DNA from: Ascidiella aspersa
Taxonomy: Eukaryota
DNA: 64,000 bases
Direction of reading: 5' to 3'
Assembly: GCA_963924565.1 (NCBI GenBank)
Contig: OZ004608.1
Span: forward strand, 7,440,001-7,504,000
Below, in pieces: positions 26,274 through 38,370 of the stretch. The notes beneath the pieces are model-generated. The model searched no databases and was not told the DNA's origin. It saw only the letters and a list, made by a program, of their open reading frames with translations. How positions within the stretch are numbered: position 1 is the stretch's first letter; each line of letters begins with the position of its first letter. The position numbers were made by a program, and so were the translations under genes.

Positions 26274-29200
26274 ATGGAATGTATTTACTTAATACCTCTA
26301 TTTAGTTTGGTTGGAAGTGGTTACTGTAATACGTGGCACTCTTTTGAAAGCCACAAGTATTACATTTCAACAAAGGCACAAAACTTTGATGGAGCTCAGT
26401 CGGCTTGCAACGCTTTAAATGCCACCCTCGCAAAAGTTAACACCAACGAGATTCAACAGTTTCTGGCCAACACCACTAACAGCACTTCAGGTAAATATAT
26501 GTTTAAAAACATCATAGTTTTGCAAAGTATGGTTAATATTCGACCTGGTTATCTTTTAGATCTTTGGAGCGCATTCTACATCGGTTTAAAGGGGAACACA
26601 TCTACAAATCAATACCATTGGTTGGATGAAACTATGTTGAATGTGTCCCAGTGGGGATCAGGGCAGCCAAATCACAACCAGACATGTGTTGTGATGTCAA
26701 AGAAAATCAGTTATTTGTGGGATGATGTTTTCTGTAGCTTTATAAGCAACTTTATTTGTTCAAAACTGACCGGTATGCTTGTTAATCGTTTAGTTGTATT
26801 ATTCAGTTAATTTGAAATGTTTTTTTTAATAACGGTATATACAATTTTTTTAACGATAAATAGAGAAATTTGATACAAATATAAAAAATAAGAACTGTGT
26901 GGCAAATATGTACAATAAGTAGTATGAAAACATTTGCCAGGTCTGTTTGCTTAGTAACAATCCCAATAGAAAATTATACCAGGGATGCGCTATTTGACGC
27001 ATGGCCTACGTTAATCTCCGAAAAATCCTCACCAAAACAGAAAATCGCAATTTTTTATTGAAATTATCACGTTTGCAAAGTGCATGGAATAATTGCGAAA
27101 CGGTGTGGGCATGAATTGCAAACCTAGTTTCCTTTGCAATTTTCCCAACTATACGAAATATACAACGCTACTATCGTTTGTCCAACCAACACAGAACAAA
27201 CAACAACACCAACTGTGAAACACGAAACAACAACAATGATATCGACCAGTGGTTCAGGTTAGTGAACAAACGACTTTTAACTCAATCAACAATAAAACAG
27301 ATACAAACTAATTTCACTTTAAATTTAAAACATTCTTCCAAATGGAAATATATATATATATCAGGGTATTGGTGAGAAGTTAAAAAAGTAAACTTTCAGA
27401 AAGTAACATGTTGAAGTTTGCCAGTGCGACACATATGAGTAATGTAAATTTGTATTTTTACGATTCAATGGTAATTGCCTTCACCAATAAAATCATCTCA
27501 ATTTCTAAAGCAGGGGTTCTTAACCAGGAGTACGTGTACCCCTTGTTGGTACGAAGCACCAAAGCAGGGGTACGACATGCAGTGTGAAATTATGTGTTAT
27601 TTAGGCATATTTGGGAAGAATGCGTAATTTACGAAAAGCAACAACAAAAAGCCATTAGTGAATTTTCTGATTGTTCGTTTTAAATATTGTGGAACATGCA
27701 AGACTGCTTTTAATGCATACATTCAACACATATGTTCAAAATACATTGATTTTAATTCCTATTATTACAATTTTATACTCTTCCGTTGGCCATTAGACAG
27801 GGGTTACGAGAAAATTTCATAAAACCTTAAAGGGTACGAGCGCTAAAAGGTTAAGAAACCCTGATCTAAAACTTAAATTTTACCTTTTATTTTTCCAAAA
27901 AAACAACCGTCCTTCCACAATCACCGCGAAATATCACCGGAACAGAAATGCTTTCATCGATGGCCGCTTCTACGACTATTGGGACAACAATAACATCAGC
28001 ATCAAATCCTTTAACTACAGACGAAATAACACAGAGGCCAGGTAAAACCAGTGGACGTTGAATGAAGCGAAATTTTAAAGTGTGCCTGAGGGACATTATT
28101 GGTAAAAGGATTTTGTCCATTTACGATACAATTAACAAATGCACAATTCCACGATATTTATAGGCCAGTGCTTCGCAACCTTTTTTGGCTTGCGGCGTCC
28201 TACAGAAATAATTAATAGTTTGCGGCACCCTTGCTCGTAACGTTACAATTTCCGAGATTGAAACAACATATTAACTGTGCAACAAGGTTGATAGATTTTT
28301 TTACTTATTGGCACTTTTATCGTACACAAAAAATTGTATCAATAAGTTTATAAATAAAGCAAACATTGGAACCTATACAGAATTTAAAATATCTCTCATC
28401 ATATTTGAGCGTTAAAAATCGCACCCTTGTGCCGCGGCACCCCGGTTAAGAACCACTAAAATGGGCGTTTTTTTAACCCTAAAATACAGGTTGCTTTCTA
28501 AAATAAAACAATCATTTTTCCACAACCTATTACAGCAACAGTATCAGAAAAATCGTCATCCATGGCCGCGTCTACAACTATTGGAACAACTGTGACGTCA
28601 GCTATCAATTCTCTAACTACAAAAGAACAAACATCGAATCCAGGTAAACAGTGGTCCAGAGATATAAGTTTGAAATAACATATTTAGTACAATCGCAACA
28701 TGACAAACAATTGCTTTGAAGGCAACTAGTTTAAGGAAGTTTTACTATATGGTTGTAACAATAGTGTTTGTACCAGATTGCAGTTCTTGTAGCAAGCACA
28801 ACTACGGAATTCTGATCATTATTTTAGCCGTTATGAATTGCGGCATGGTATTGATTTGCATCATCGAAGCTCTTGTGATATGCAAAATGTAAGTGTAAAG
28901 GATACCTCAGTATTTGTAACATATCTACTGTAGTTGCAGTTTTAATTACTCTAGTCGACGAACTACTTATTTTTTAATAACTTTACTTTAATCTAGTATT
29001 GTAGGCAAAATGACTTAACCTACAGATGTAATTTACTTAGGCAAATTACTTATCAAAATCAAATTTTAACCCAGTAATTACATTGGGGCTTTATTTTATT
29101 TTTACAAGGTATTCCAATGGTATGATAGTGTACAAAACTGAATATGGGTTTTACATGATATATCACCTTAGAAAACAACAGAGAACAGCGGACCCTATTC

Positions 29201-30074
29201 CTACAGACAGAAACAACACCGAAAATAACAACAGAAACAACACCGAAAATAGCAATAGAAAAAACAGCAACGATGATAACAGAAACAACAGCAACGAAGA
29301 CAACAATAGCAACAACAGCAACAATGATAACAACAGCGACAGTAGCAACGATTACAACAACAGAGACAACAGCAACGTTAACAACATCTACACCAACCAA
29401 CCAAGTAATTTTTTCTGTTACTTCGTATAGGACTTTAAAACATCAGGTTAGAACTTTTATCAACATATTTCGTTCCAAACCATACATTGAACTTTTTTAA
29501 TTCTTTAATTAAAGTTAGCTTAATTTGACTACGGTACAAAACATTATTGATTTGTCTATTTCACGATCGAAAGAAAATGTGGTTTGAACCTGAAAATAAA
29601 GCCTTAAATATGTCACTGAATCTTTCAATGACCTTCACTCGGTTATAAACAGATCAAAACAATGACACACACATAATGAGAATTAGCTAAGTTATTTATT
29701 TAAAAAAAATACCAATCAATCATTCCATTAGTTTATAAATCTGGAGCGCCAAAACCTAGAAACAGGTTCGTTCCATTATTTACGTTCGTTAGCAGCTTGT
29801 TGCGCCATTTCTCACATTAGAGCAACAATGCTAAGATTGCAAAGGATTGTTTGTCGACATGTTGCTTAAGTTCTTCTTATGAGTTATTGTTGTACACTCT
29901 GCAGGTCAAAGCGCCTACTATAACCTGGAAATCAATTCTGGCGTCAAAGCGCAATATGAAAACCTAGACACAGATTTCGATGAAGGCGATGCAGGTTACA
30001 TGGAACCAAACCAAATCCTTTCCATTCAAAAGTTGAAACAAGATGGTCAGGTTTACGTTGAGTTTAACGCCTGA
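26274..30074 (+). CDS. G5: type I CTLD-mucin-TM receptor with TM Glu, Asn-rich linker and ITAM, about 370-403 aa
   Basis: Exons 26274-26490, 26560-26772, 27195-27257, 27946-28041 (weak acceptor), 28536-28643, 28777-28888, 29172-29404, 29905-30074. CTLD QPN/WDD; TM exon DCSSCSKHNYGILIIILAVMNCGMVLICIIEALVICK; last exon YYNL-EINSGVKAQ-YENL...DAGYMEP...QVYVEFNA*. Confidence 0.85.
27511..27863. mobile_element. hAT-type MITE in a G5 intron
   Basis: TIRs caggggttcttaacc / ggttaagaaaccctg; flanks ttctaaag / atctaaaa (degenerate 8-bp TSD). Confidence 0.75.
28166..28458. mobile_element. Degenerate hAT-type MITE in a G5 intron
   Basis: Termini cagtgcttcgcaacc / ggttaagaaccacta with subterminal gcggcaccc motifs. 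Confidence 0.55.
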
Positions 30075-30545
30075 TAGATGCTTGAAGAAATGAAATGTCG
30101 AAATCAAACTGAACCTTTGTTTATTCGTCAAAGTGAAACACTTCTTTTCTTTGAAAATGAAATCTGTTTTTTTTTTCAGTTTCATCCTTTCGGTGTATAT
30201 ATACAGTTTCATCCTTCGGTGTATATAGTGCTCTTTCGTGTTATCAACAATATCGATTTAACCTGAGGCAATATCACTGAGCTGCTAATGATTTACAAGA
30301 ACATATGAAATTTAGCAATTTTTAGAGGCTTTTAGAAGTTACATCCCAAATGTTGTAAATTGTAGTGAGACATATCATTTCGTTTGATCGTTTAAAATTT
30401 AAATTTAGGTAGTGTTGCAATTCTCTAATGTGGGTTTGTATTTTAAAAAGTCTAAAACGTCGTACAACTTGTTTAAATTAATAGCCTACAATAGGACACG
30501 AACGAAAATGCATTGCCAATGTCGCGTGTTATGTATCCTTTACAG

Positions 30546-31319
30546 CAGTGTTCTCCAACCTGTGGGTCGCGACCTCAAATGGGGTTGACTAAAATGTTTT
30601 GGGGTCGCCATAATAACTTATCAAGTTTCTGCTGTTTTGGTACGATTTTTGTATTTTGTTTTCTTTACAACGACGTCACACAATAAACGTGACTGAGTGG
30701 ATAGCAAAGATAAGGTTTTGTTTATTTTATACCGAACATAGATATTTTTAGCATGAGTAGCTGCTACTGTAGGTTGCAAAGATTTTTACAAATAAATATT
30801 GACTTTGTGATTCGGTGCAATTAAAACCCGACTTTGTCCAATTTTGTGAGTAAACTACTTGTTTCCTTTTTAACCACATGGTTTTGTTTGACGAAATTCA
30901 GCGCCATGAGCATATCAAAAACAAAACATTGTAAATCGCTTAGAAGTAAAGCATGACGGTTATTCTTATGCGAAATGAAGTCGCTTTTTAAAAAAACTGG
31001 TGGATTTATAGATAGCATGCAAGTGCTACTCTCGCACTGAATGCAATTTAGTGTTATCTTTGTTGCATTTTTTGGGTTCGTTCGTGTGCTTACTTCAAAA
31101 TCATAATTTACTTCCTAAAATAAATCATTTTGGTGCACATATGTAGCCACGGTTGTCTGAAAATGTGTATAATTTACGCATATTTTCTCGTATTACTTAG
31201 TTCCAGCATTATTTACAATATTTTTATTTCTATCTGAAAACAAAATGGGGTCACAATGTGAATTCTGATTTCATTTTATTTAAATTGGGGTCACCTGTTA
31301 AAAAGGTTGGAGACCACTG
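30546..31319. mobile_element. Non-autonomous hAT element
   Basis: TIRs cagtgttctccaacct / aggttggagaccactg; perfect 8-bp TSD CTTTACAG; subterminal ggggtc(g/a)c repeats. Confidence 0.88.
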
Positions 31320-34300
31320 CTTTACAGTATTCGTCATCAGTTATCATTTAGTTAATCATATAAAAATAGAGTGGTGCAGGACAGTATAGTTGTTTTGAAA
31401 CATGCCTTCGTGCTTTCAGTTATATAAAATAAATTCTTAATTAAACAAATGACTTTATTTGTTTATGAAATGTAATTAGGTAAAGTGCTTATATCACCCG
31501 ACAGTTTCAAGAGGCACCAGCACCGCTATTTATAACAGAGTATAGCCACTGTATTTGGGTAACTTTAATCCTGTCCAACATACTTTCGTTTGAATTAAAG
31601 CCTGGGTTGCTTTTCTTCAAACAAATTTGTATTTTCTAAGTCATTGCTTTTTAAAGACAATTTTGAGGTGCACTATACGTATCGGAAATATTGTACTAAT
31701 GAAATTTATATTATTTAAACATTCGGTCAAGATGTCGAGGATCTAAACAATTTTACATATTATTTATATTTCATTTTCATTTTAAGTAAAACCTATATTA
31801 TTATTGACAGGTTAGAATGTTCTTTTATTTTTGTAATTTCTTAAACAAGGCCTGGTAGCGCACGGCGCCCAAAAAACACCCACATACGTTGGCCGGGTAT
31901 CTTATGAGTGCAGCGAACAGATCGAAGACAGCACGGGCGACCCTTTAGTAAAGCGTGTTAAAAGTGTTACGTTTGCATACCTCAAAATAGAGTAAATTTT
32001 GATTTGGATAAGCCAAATGATACGAAGCTTTTGCTTTAATGCATTTTAGGTCGTCATACGTAAATACAGTACAGGTGGCTGTGGAGGGAATATATATATA
32101 TATACACATAACACAATTTTACCTGAACGCCTCATTATTGCCACAATTTAATCCAAAGGGTCGAGGCTTACCATATATGCGTAGGTGAATGTTGCCAAAT
32201 AAAGACAAATATGGCGGTTTGTTACGCCTTGTTTATTAAATATTGTGCGATTTTACGTCATTTGAGGGACCACTAAAAATGAAAGTGTATAGATAAGCTA
32301 ATATGTACCCACGATAAAAGGAAATAATAGGCGACTGTTTTTTTCTTGGTATTTGCATACGTGTTTTATCATCTACTTGGGAAACTAAAAATCAGAATTT
32401 ATTTTTGACCACTTTCAATTAAGACACTTTTGAACACTTAAAAATCTCACAGCCCAATCAGAGTAGTGTTATTTGATTCTTGACATTCATCGGCATATCT
32501 CCAACTTTCTAAAAACATTCGGTAAATTATTCATAAACCTTTGATTTTTGTCTCCCTTTTGCTTTTTGCTTTTCACAAATCATTGTCTTTCCTAGCAATA
32601 AGATAGTCTTTGCTTGTAATGAAGTGAATTATTCTGAAAAGTGGCAATAATGAAAAATTAGCTAATTTAATTGCTTGTTTTAGTTGTAAGTGCTTGATCA
32701 AACATTTTAAGGTAATTCGAATGAGTTGTATAAATTTAGGCTATGGGTTAGTTATCAAAATTGTAATGCTATATTATACTTCCCCTTACTTAAGCTGACG
32801 TTGGTGTTCGCAAAAGGAGTTCACTTTGGGAGTTAAATGCAAGTGATTTAAATGTTATTTCTATACACTTATACTAATTCTAACAGCAATATTTGTAGAT
32901 TCTTTAGTTTATTTGGTAGAAAAAAAAACATATTAACCACATTGCTATCGTGATGTTGCATTCAATATATATACCCTTTACAGTTTAAAAATAGCAAACA
33001 TATTTATTATATTTTTACAATCTGCTACCAAATGTTGTGTGCTAGATAAATACGTGTTGTCATTGGATGATTATATTCAAGAAATAAATGTGAATCAACA
33101 AAACAATAATTTGTAACAAATGTGGGAACGGTCGGATCGACATTCGCCTAATTTGTCCTGTAAATGATTTCTCACGAAATTTCAGTGGACATCAAGATCC
33201 TTATACCACTTTCTTTTACGTACAAGGTCGAGCAATAGTTGCTCTTTGGGAAAAATAAATATCGATTATTCCAAACCTATCAACCGTATGGCTAGCAATA
33301 AACACTTGATATATGAAATAATTTGCTTTAAGCCTTGTTTTGTATTTCATTATCCAAAAAAAATTTTTACCAAGAAGCGACACCACCTTTTATGAATGTG
33401 GCCTAAATACCTCTCAGCGGCAAATGTAGTGCTGTATTGTGATGAAGTGTGCAAACGTAGAAATATCGTCTTGGCGGAGGGAGGCTCGACAAATACGTAT
33501 AAAATTTCGAAAAACAGATAACATAAAGCGTAAATTCACCGGTAGTGTAAATTCTGAAACCAAAACATTATCAGCGAATCGTAACGAAATACGTTTCAGG
33601 CAAACTTGTTTAAATAGTAATGAATGATAAATTAGAATCCCAATTCCAAGAGCAAAAAATAGCAATACAAAATGTTAATGCGTAGCTTCTTTTACGACAA
33701 CGACAAATAAGTTATTCAAACAATCTACGTCAATATTTGATTGAAGCAATGGCAGCAAGCCGCAAATAATGCTATGTTTTATACATAACTGTTTGGGAGT
33801 AAAGCAAACTTGTAAAAACAATTATCGCAGAGGTCACGATTTAAAAATATAAAAGGCTGTACGGAAGAGTGGTAAATTTGTTTAACAGCAAAACATTTAC
33901 GTAACCTAAGCAAGACAGGTTATGGACATAAATTTCGATTCCAGTAAAGTGAAACTGTTTTTTAGGGGAGGCTAAGACCCATAAGTCAATAGATTTATAG
34001 CACTCTCATGTCGTCCTGTTTATGGTTTCTATTTTTAAGGTAGGGAAAATAAATCAGATCTCTCGATGCATTTCAAAATTAATAGTGATTTAAAATAAAG
34101 TGAGCTGCTGGCATAAAGAACATGAATAAAGAGTTGTTAAACGATTTTAAGGAACTGTCATTTGTGATTGGAGAAAATAGCTAAAATTTAATCTTAAATG
34201 ATTGATTTTGTTCAGCAGCCGCGTTTAATTCGTCCAAGGTGACTATACGTCAATTTCGGGGTATGTGTTTTGTATAGATCTTTAACATTATGTATGGTTC

Positions 34301-34379
34301 AAACTGGTGATGTAACACTAAAGAAAGTTAAGCTTAATTTGAACAAACTGTTGTTCTTAGAAGTCTAAAATGTTTAGAG

Positions 34380-37300
34380 ATGAAATATTTGTTTACAACG
34401 ATTATCTGCTGCTGTTTAATAGAAAAACGTTTTGGGCACGTTTTTGCTAATTACGTAACCTGGCACGCTTTTGGTAACTACGAGTATCACATTTCAACAA
34501 AGGGCGCTTTCTTTAATGGAGCTCAGTCAGCTTGCAAAGCAATGGATGCAAATCTGGCCAAAGTAAACAGCAGTGATATTCAACAATTTCTGACCTTCAC
34601 TATTGACAATATGCCAGGTAAAATAAAATAATTATAAACTGTCATAAATTTGTCCACAACAACTAACTGATGATGATTGTCAGGTTTTTTAAATGCACTT
34701 TACATCGGTTTAAAGTGGAATATTACAACAATTTCTTACCACAATCGCAGGATAAGATACTTATTTGAACTATAATTATTTTTATTTAACAGTACATGTT
34801 AAAATTTCCTAGGTTCTCCAAATACACTTTACATCGGTTTAAAGTGGAACGGTTCGACGACAAAATACCACTGGCTTGATGGAACGGTGTCAGATGTGGC
34901 TCAGTGGGGAACAAATCAACCAAGCAGGAATGATAAATGTGTTGTTATGTACAAGAACGACGGTTATTTGTGGGACGATGTGCGATGCGATACTAGCACA
35001 GCATCGATATGTTCAAAATACTCAAGTATGTATTTAAAACAAAATTAGTCAATTTAAACCAACAAACGTAGTTCGACTTTGTAGCATGTTTCGCTAGATA
35101 TACGTTGCCTATAATGAGTGTGAAAAGAAGGACCTAAATGTCTGCCAACTTGAACTAGGATAATTGTATAATTTACTCGCTTACTCGTGTTCAAATTTCA
35201 AATTTTTTACTTGCTACCACAAAGTAATAATGATATTGGAACTGTTTGGTTTAATATTAAAATCTCGCACTGTAATTGGCTGAGAATGTATTTTCCACTT
35301 CAAAAAACAAATTTGAAGCTTAAGTTGCCAAAAAATAAATTTTAACATGTTTATGGCAATGTTTAGCGGGCGGGCGTATGGTCTAAAACTAACACAGAAA
35401 GATTTTGGTGGACCCAGATAAAAGATTAGTTTAATTAGACAATGCTTTTTATTTCAATGAGACAATTCTACCAATCAAATGGTCCTAAATACATCAATTA
35501 TATTGAAAATGTGTAATCCTTGTACAGAGCAATCGTCCACAACAGGACAATCGGATATACTGGTAACAAAACCAACAATAGATCAAGAAACGACATATGG
35601 TTCAGGTAATATAACCGAGCAAACTCGTTTCGTAGGCAATTTTCGTAATACAATAGCACTTTAGATACTGGATAAAAGGCGTACAGAATTAACTTTGGTG
35701 TATATAACGGTAATCAAGCTAAAACGAAAAGTTAAAAAACTAAATCGCTTTTTGTCTGTTCTTTCGAAATCTATTAAATACTGAAATACATAAATTTGTA
35801 CTCGTTCATACATCATAAAGTATTTGAGCATAATTATTAAATATGGTTTTGAGACTTTTAAGTTTAATATTGTTTCGCTACATATTAAAAACGTTTTTTA
35901 TAATTCTAATAGTTCATGTTTGACTATCCAGTTGCCTTAAAGTTGGTAGTTAAAATAGTTATTTAACAAAATAAACTTTTCTGATGTGGTAAAACATATT
36001 GTACAGCTAGAAATACGAGTCCTACTAAAGGCGACACTTCAGTTGATGACGATGGAGATCTTACAGTTATCATAGTTGCCGTTATTTGCTCGGTTTTATT
36101 CGTTTGCATCCTGGTGGCGTTCGTAATATACCGAAGGTAATTTACGATATTTTAAACAATCAAAAGAAAAAAGTTAACTAAGCAATATCCAAATTGCGTT
36201 GCAGGAAATGCCATACAGAAGACAAATCACAGATGCCCGTTACGGATAATGGTAGGTGACTAATCATACCAGAAATAACCAAATTCTGCCAAGTGTAGTA
36301 AATAATGCTAACTTCGAAAGTGCCTATCTTTGTTTAATTTAAAGTTGAACTGTGGAATCTCACAAATTATGTTGGAGGAAAGTATGTAGAAATTTGTAAC
36401 CTGGGTTTGCCAATTATGTTAAAGTTTAGTATGGGCACTAGGCTTTTAAGTTGGAGATTTTTTTGTTCTCGTTCGTTAGTACATGTATTGTGTTGTGCAA
36501 AATATGAAAAACATGTGGAATGTTCTGAATTCGTATTATAGCTAGATAAAATTTCTTAGTTATATAACGATAAGTTACAACAGTGTACTTCTAATCTAGC
36601 ACACGAACACTGATAAAAAACATTTTAATAAACATCATTTTGTTGTAAAACGGTTAACGCCACTAATTGATAAATTAGTATTATTGTCCGTTATTCCGTT
36701 AAATCGTCATGATCTTGATGATTTACGCGCACGGTATGTTTGATGCCAAAATATCCACGTTTTCCAAACCAATTTTATCCGGTTATGCTTGATTTCATTA
36801 TCATGCAAACTTTCAACATCTTTTACCGATTGCAGAGCAGCACGTGTACGCCGACATCGATTACAACAACGTCAATTCCAGGCGTTCACACCACCACTAC
36901 TCCACCATTCACCACGTGGATGCTACAACTTTGGACGCCAACACAGCAGATGGGGAATACTCCCAACTGAACCTGGCGGAACTCCCCTTGGCATACCCCA
37001 TCTGTAACATGGAGCCGAAAGAGCCTCGACTGAGTGTGGATTACAGCTCAACAAATGTGGAACAGAAAGTGCCACACGAAACGAAACGCGTTCCCGCTTA
37101 CGCCACGGTAAACAAAGGTACCGCAACTGTTTTTGTAAGATCCTTTTAGTTCTAAACAATCATATGCTCGAAATAGTATCGACATTCTTGCTTATCAAGG
37201 CGCTAGATTTTATATCTGTTTACCTGACAAATTAGACTGTATTAGTTGCGAATTGCCAGCAACGTTTATTCAGAAATTTTAAAATTTTATTAAATAAAAA

Positions 37301-37535
37301 CAGCTCGTCTGGTAATTGTCATTGCTAATTGCTTGTTGTTTTTACTATGCCTGTTTTTTTATTTTAAATAATTTTTTTTTTAAATAATAAATCAAATGAT
37401 CATCCCACAGGAAAACCTGGACAGGTTAACACGATTCAGCCTCCAACAACGCCAAACAACGGTTATGACGTCATTCACGACCAGAGTCAAGAAAGTAACG
37501 ATTTTAGCTCTTCTGATGCAAATGAAGACGACTAA
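34380..37535 (+). CDS. G6: type I CTLD-mucin-TM receptor, long tyrosine-motif tail, chimeric origin, about 370 aa
   Basis: Exons 34380-34617, 34813-35025, 35528-35605, 36007-36136, 36205-36251, 36836-37117, 37411-37535. CTLD QPS/WDD; TM LTVIIVAVICSVLFVCILVAFVIY; tail HVYADI, IDYNNV, HYSTI, GEYSQL, PAYATVNK. Confidence 0.85.
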
Positions 37536-38370
37536 GCCACGCAATTGTCCTTGCTTCTAACTTAAGGCATTTGTAACAAAAGTGTTATAGCAGACAGAAG
37601 ATGCGTCTATCACCATACATTTTGCGAATTTTGAATGAACCATTCAAGTTCCAAGTATAGTCGTATTTCGAACAGCTTTATTCATCCAATGCTTTCTTGC
37701 ATTAGATTCTTTTGTTTGTGATATGTTGTATAATAAAACATGTTGTAAGCAAGTCATTCAAAAACGATTTGACCAAGATATCCCCATGTCTGTGTATTAT
37801 CTCGATAGCAGCAAAGTGAAAGTCTTTTCTGTTTGAAAGGAAATACGACTCATTCAACAAGTTTTCTTTCAGCGACATAAGGTGCAAGTCGCTATGGTGG
37901 TTTACAAGGCGGTAATAATTTCCTCGAAAAATAAATGGATTTTGAATTATTGTATAACTATTAATTAACTACGTCCTCTCGTATAATTTGTGAAATTGCA
38001 TTAGTTTGACATTAAACAGAATAAAAAACGGGTGGAAAATAGAGGGAAATTAAGGAATTATTAGGTTCAAAGAAACGATTAATAGGTCTGATTTTTCACT
38101 GGATAAACTAAATTTAAACTTGTGTTCAAGCGGAGAATTAGGTTTATGTATGCAAGCATGGATAGAGTCTTATACAAATTTAAGTGTGCGGATCTCAATT
38201 CACTGCGAAATGTTTAGATTTGAGTATTTTATTATAAACTCTTGGCTTTGTAAACAAGTCAACATCAGGGTTAACGCTTTACATTTTTACTTTTCAAGTG
38301 TACAATATACTAATTCTGTACACAATGACCTATAATTGTTAAAGCATTATAAATAAAAGCAAGAACGGAA

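Noticed and set aside
29059-29400. Hydrophobic Val/Leu-rich minus-strand ORFs (also 5331-5552, 27887-28120, 40297-40548, 57688-57918)
   Set aside because: Antisense shadows of ACA/AAC-rich plus-strand exons, with no independent gene structure.
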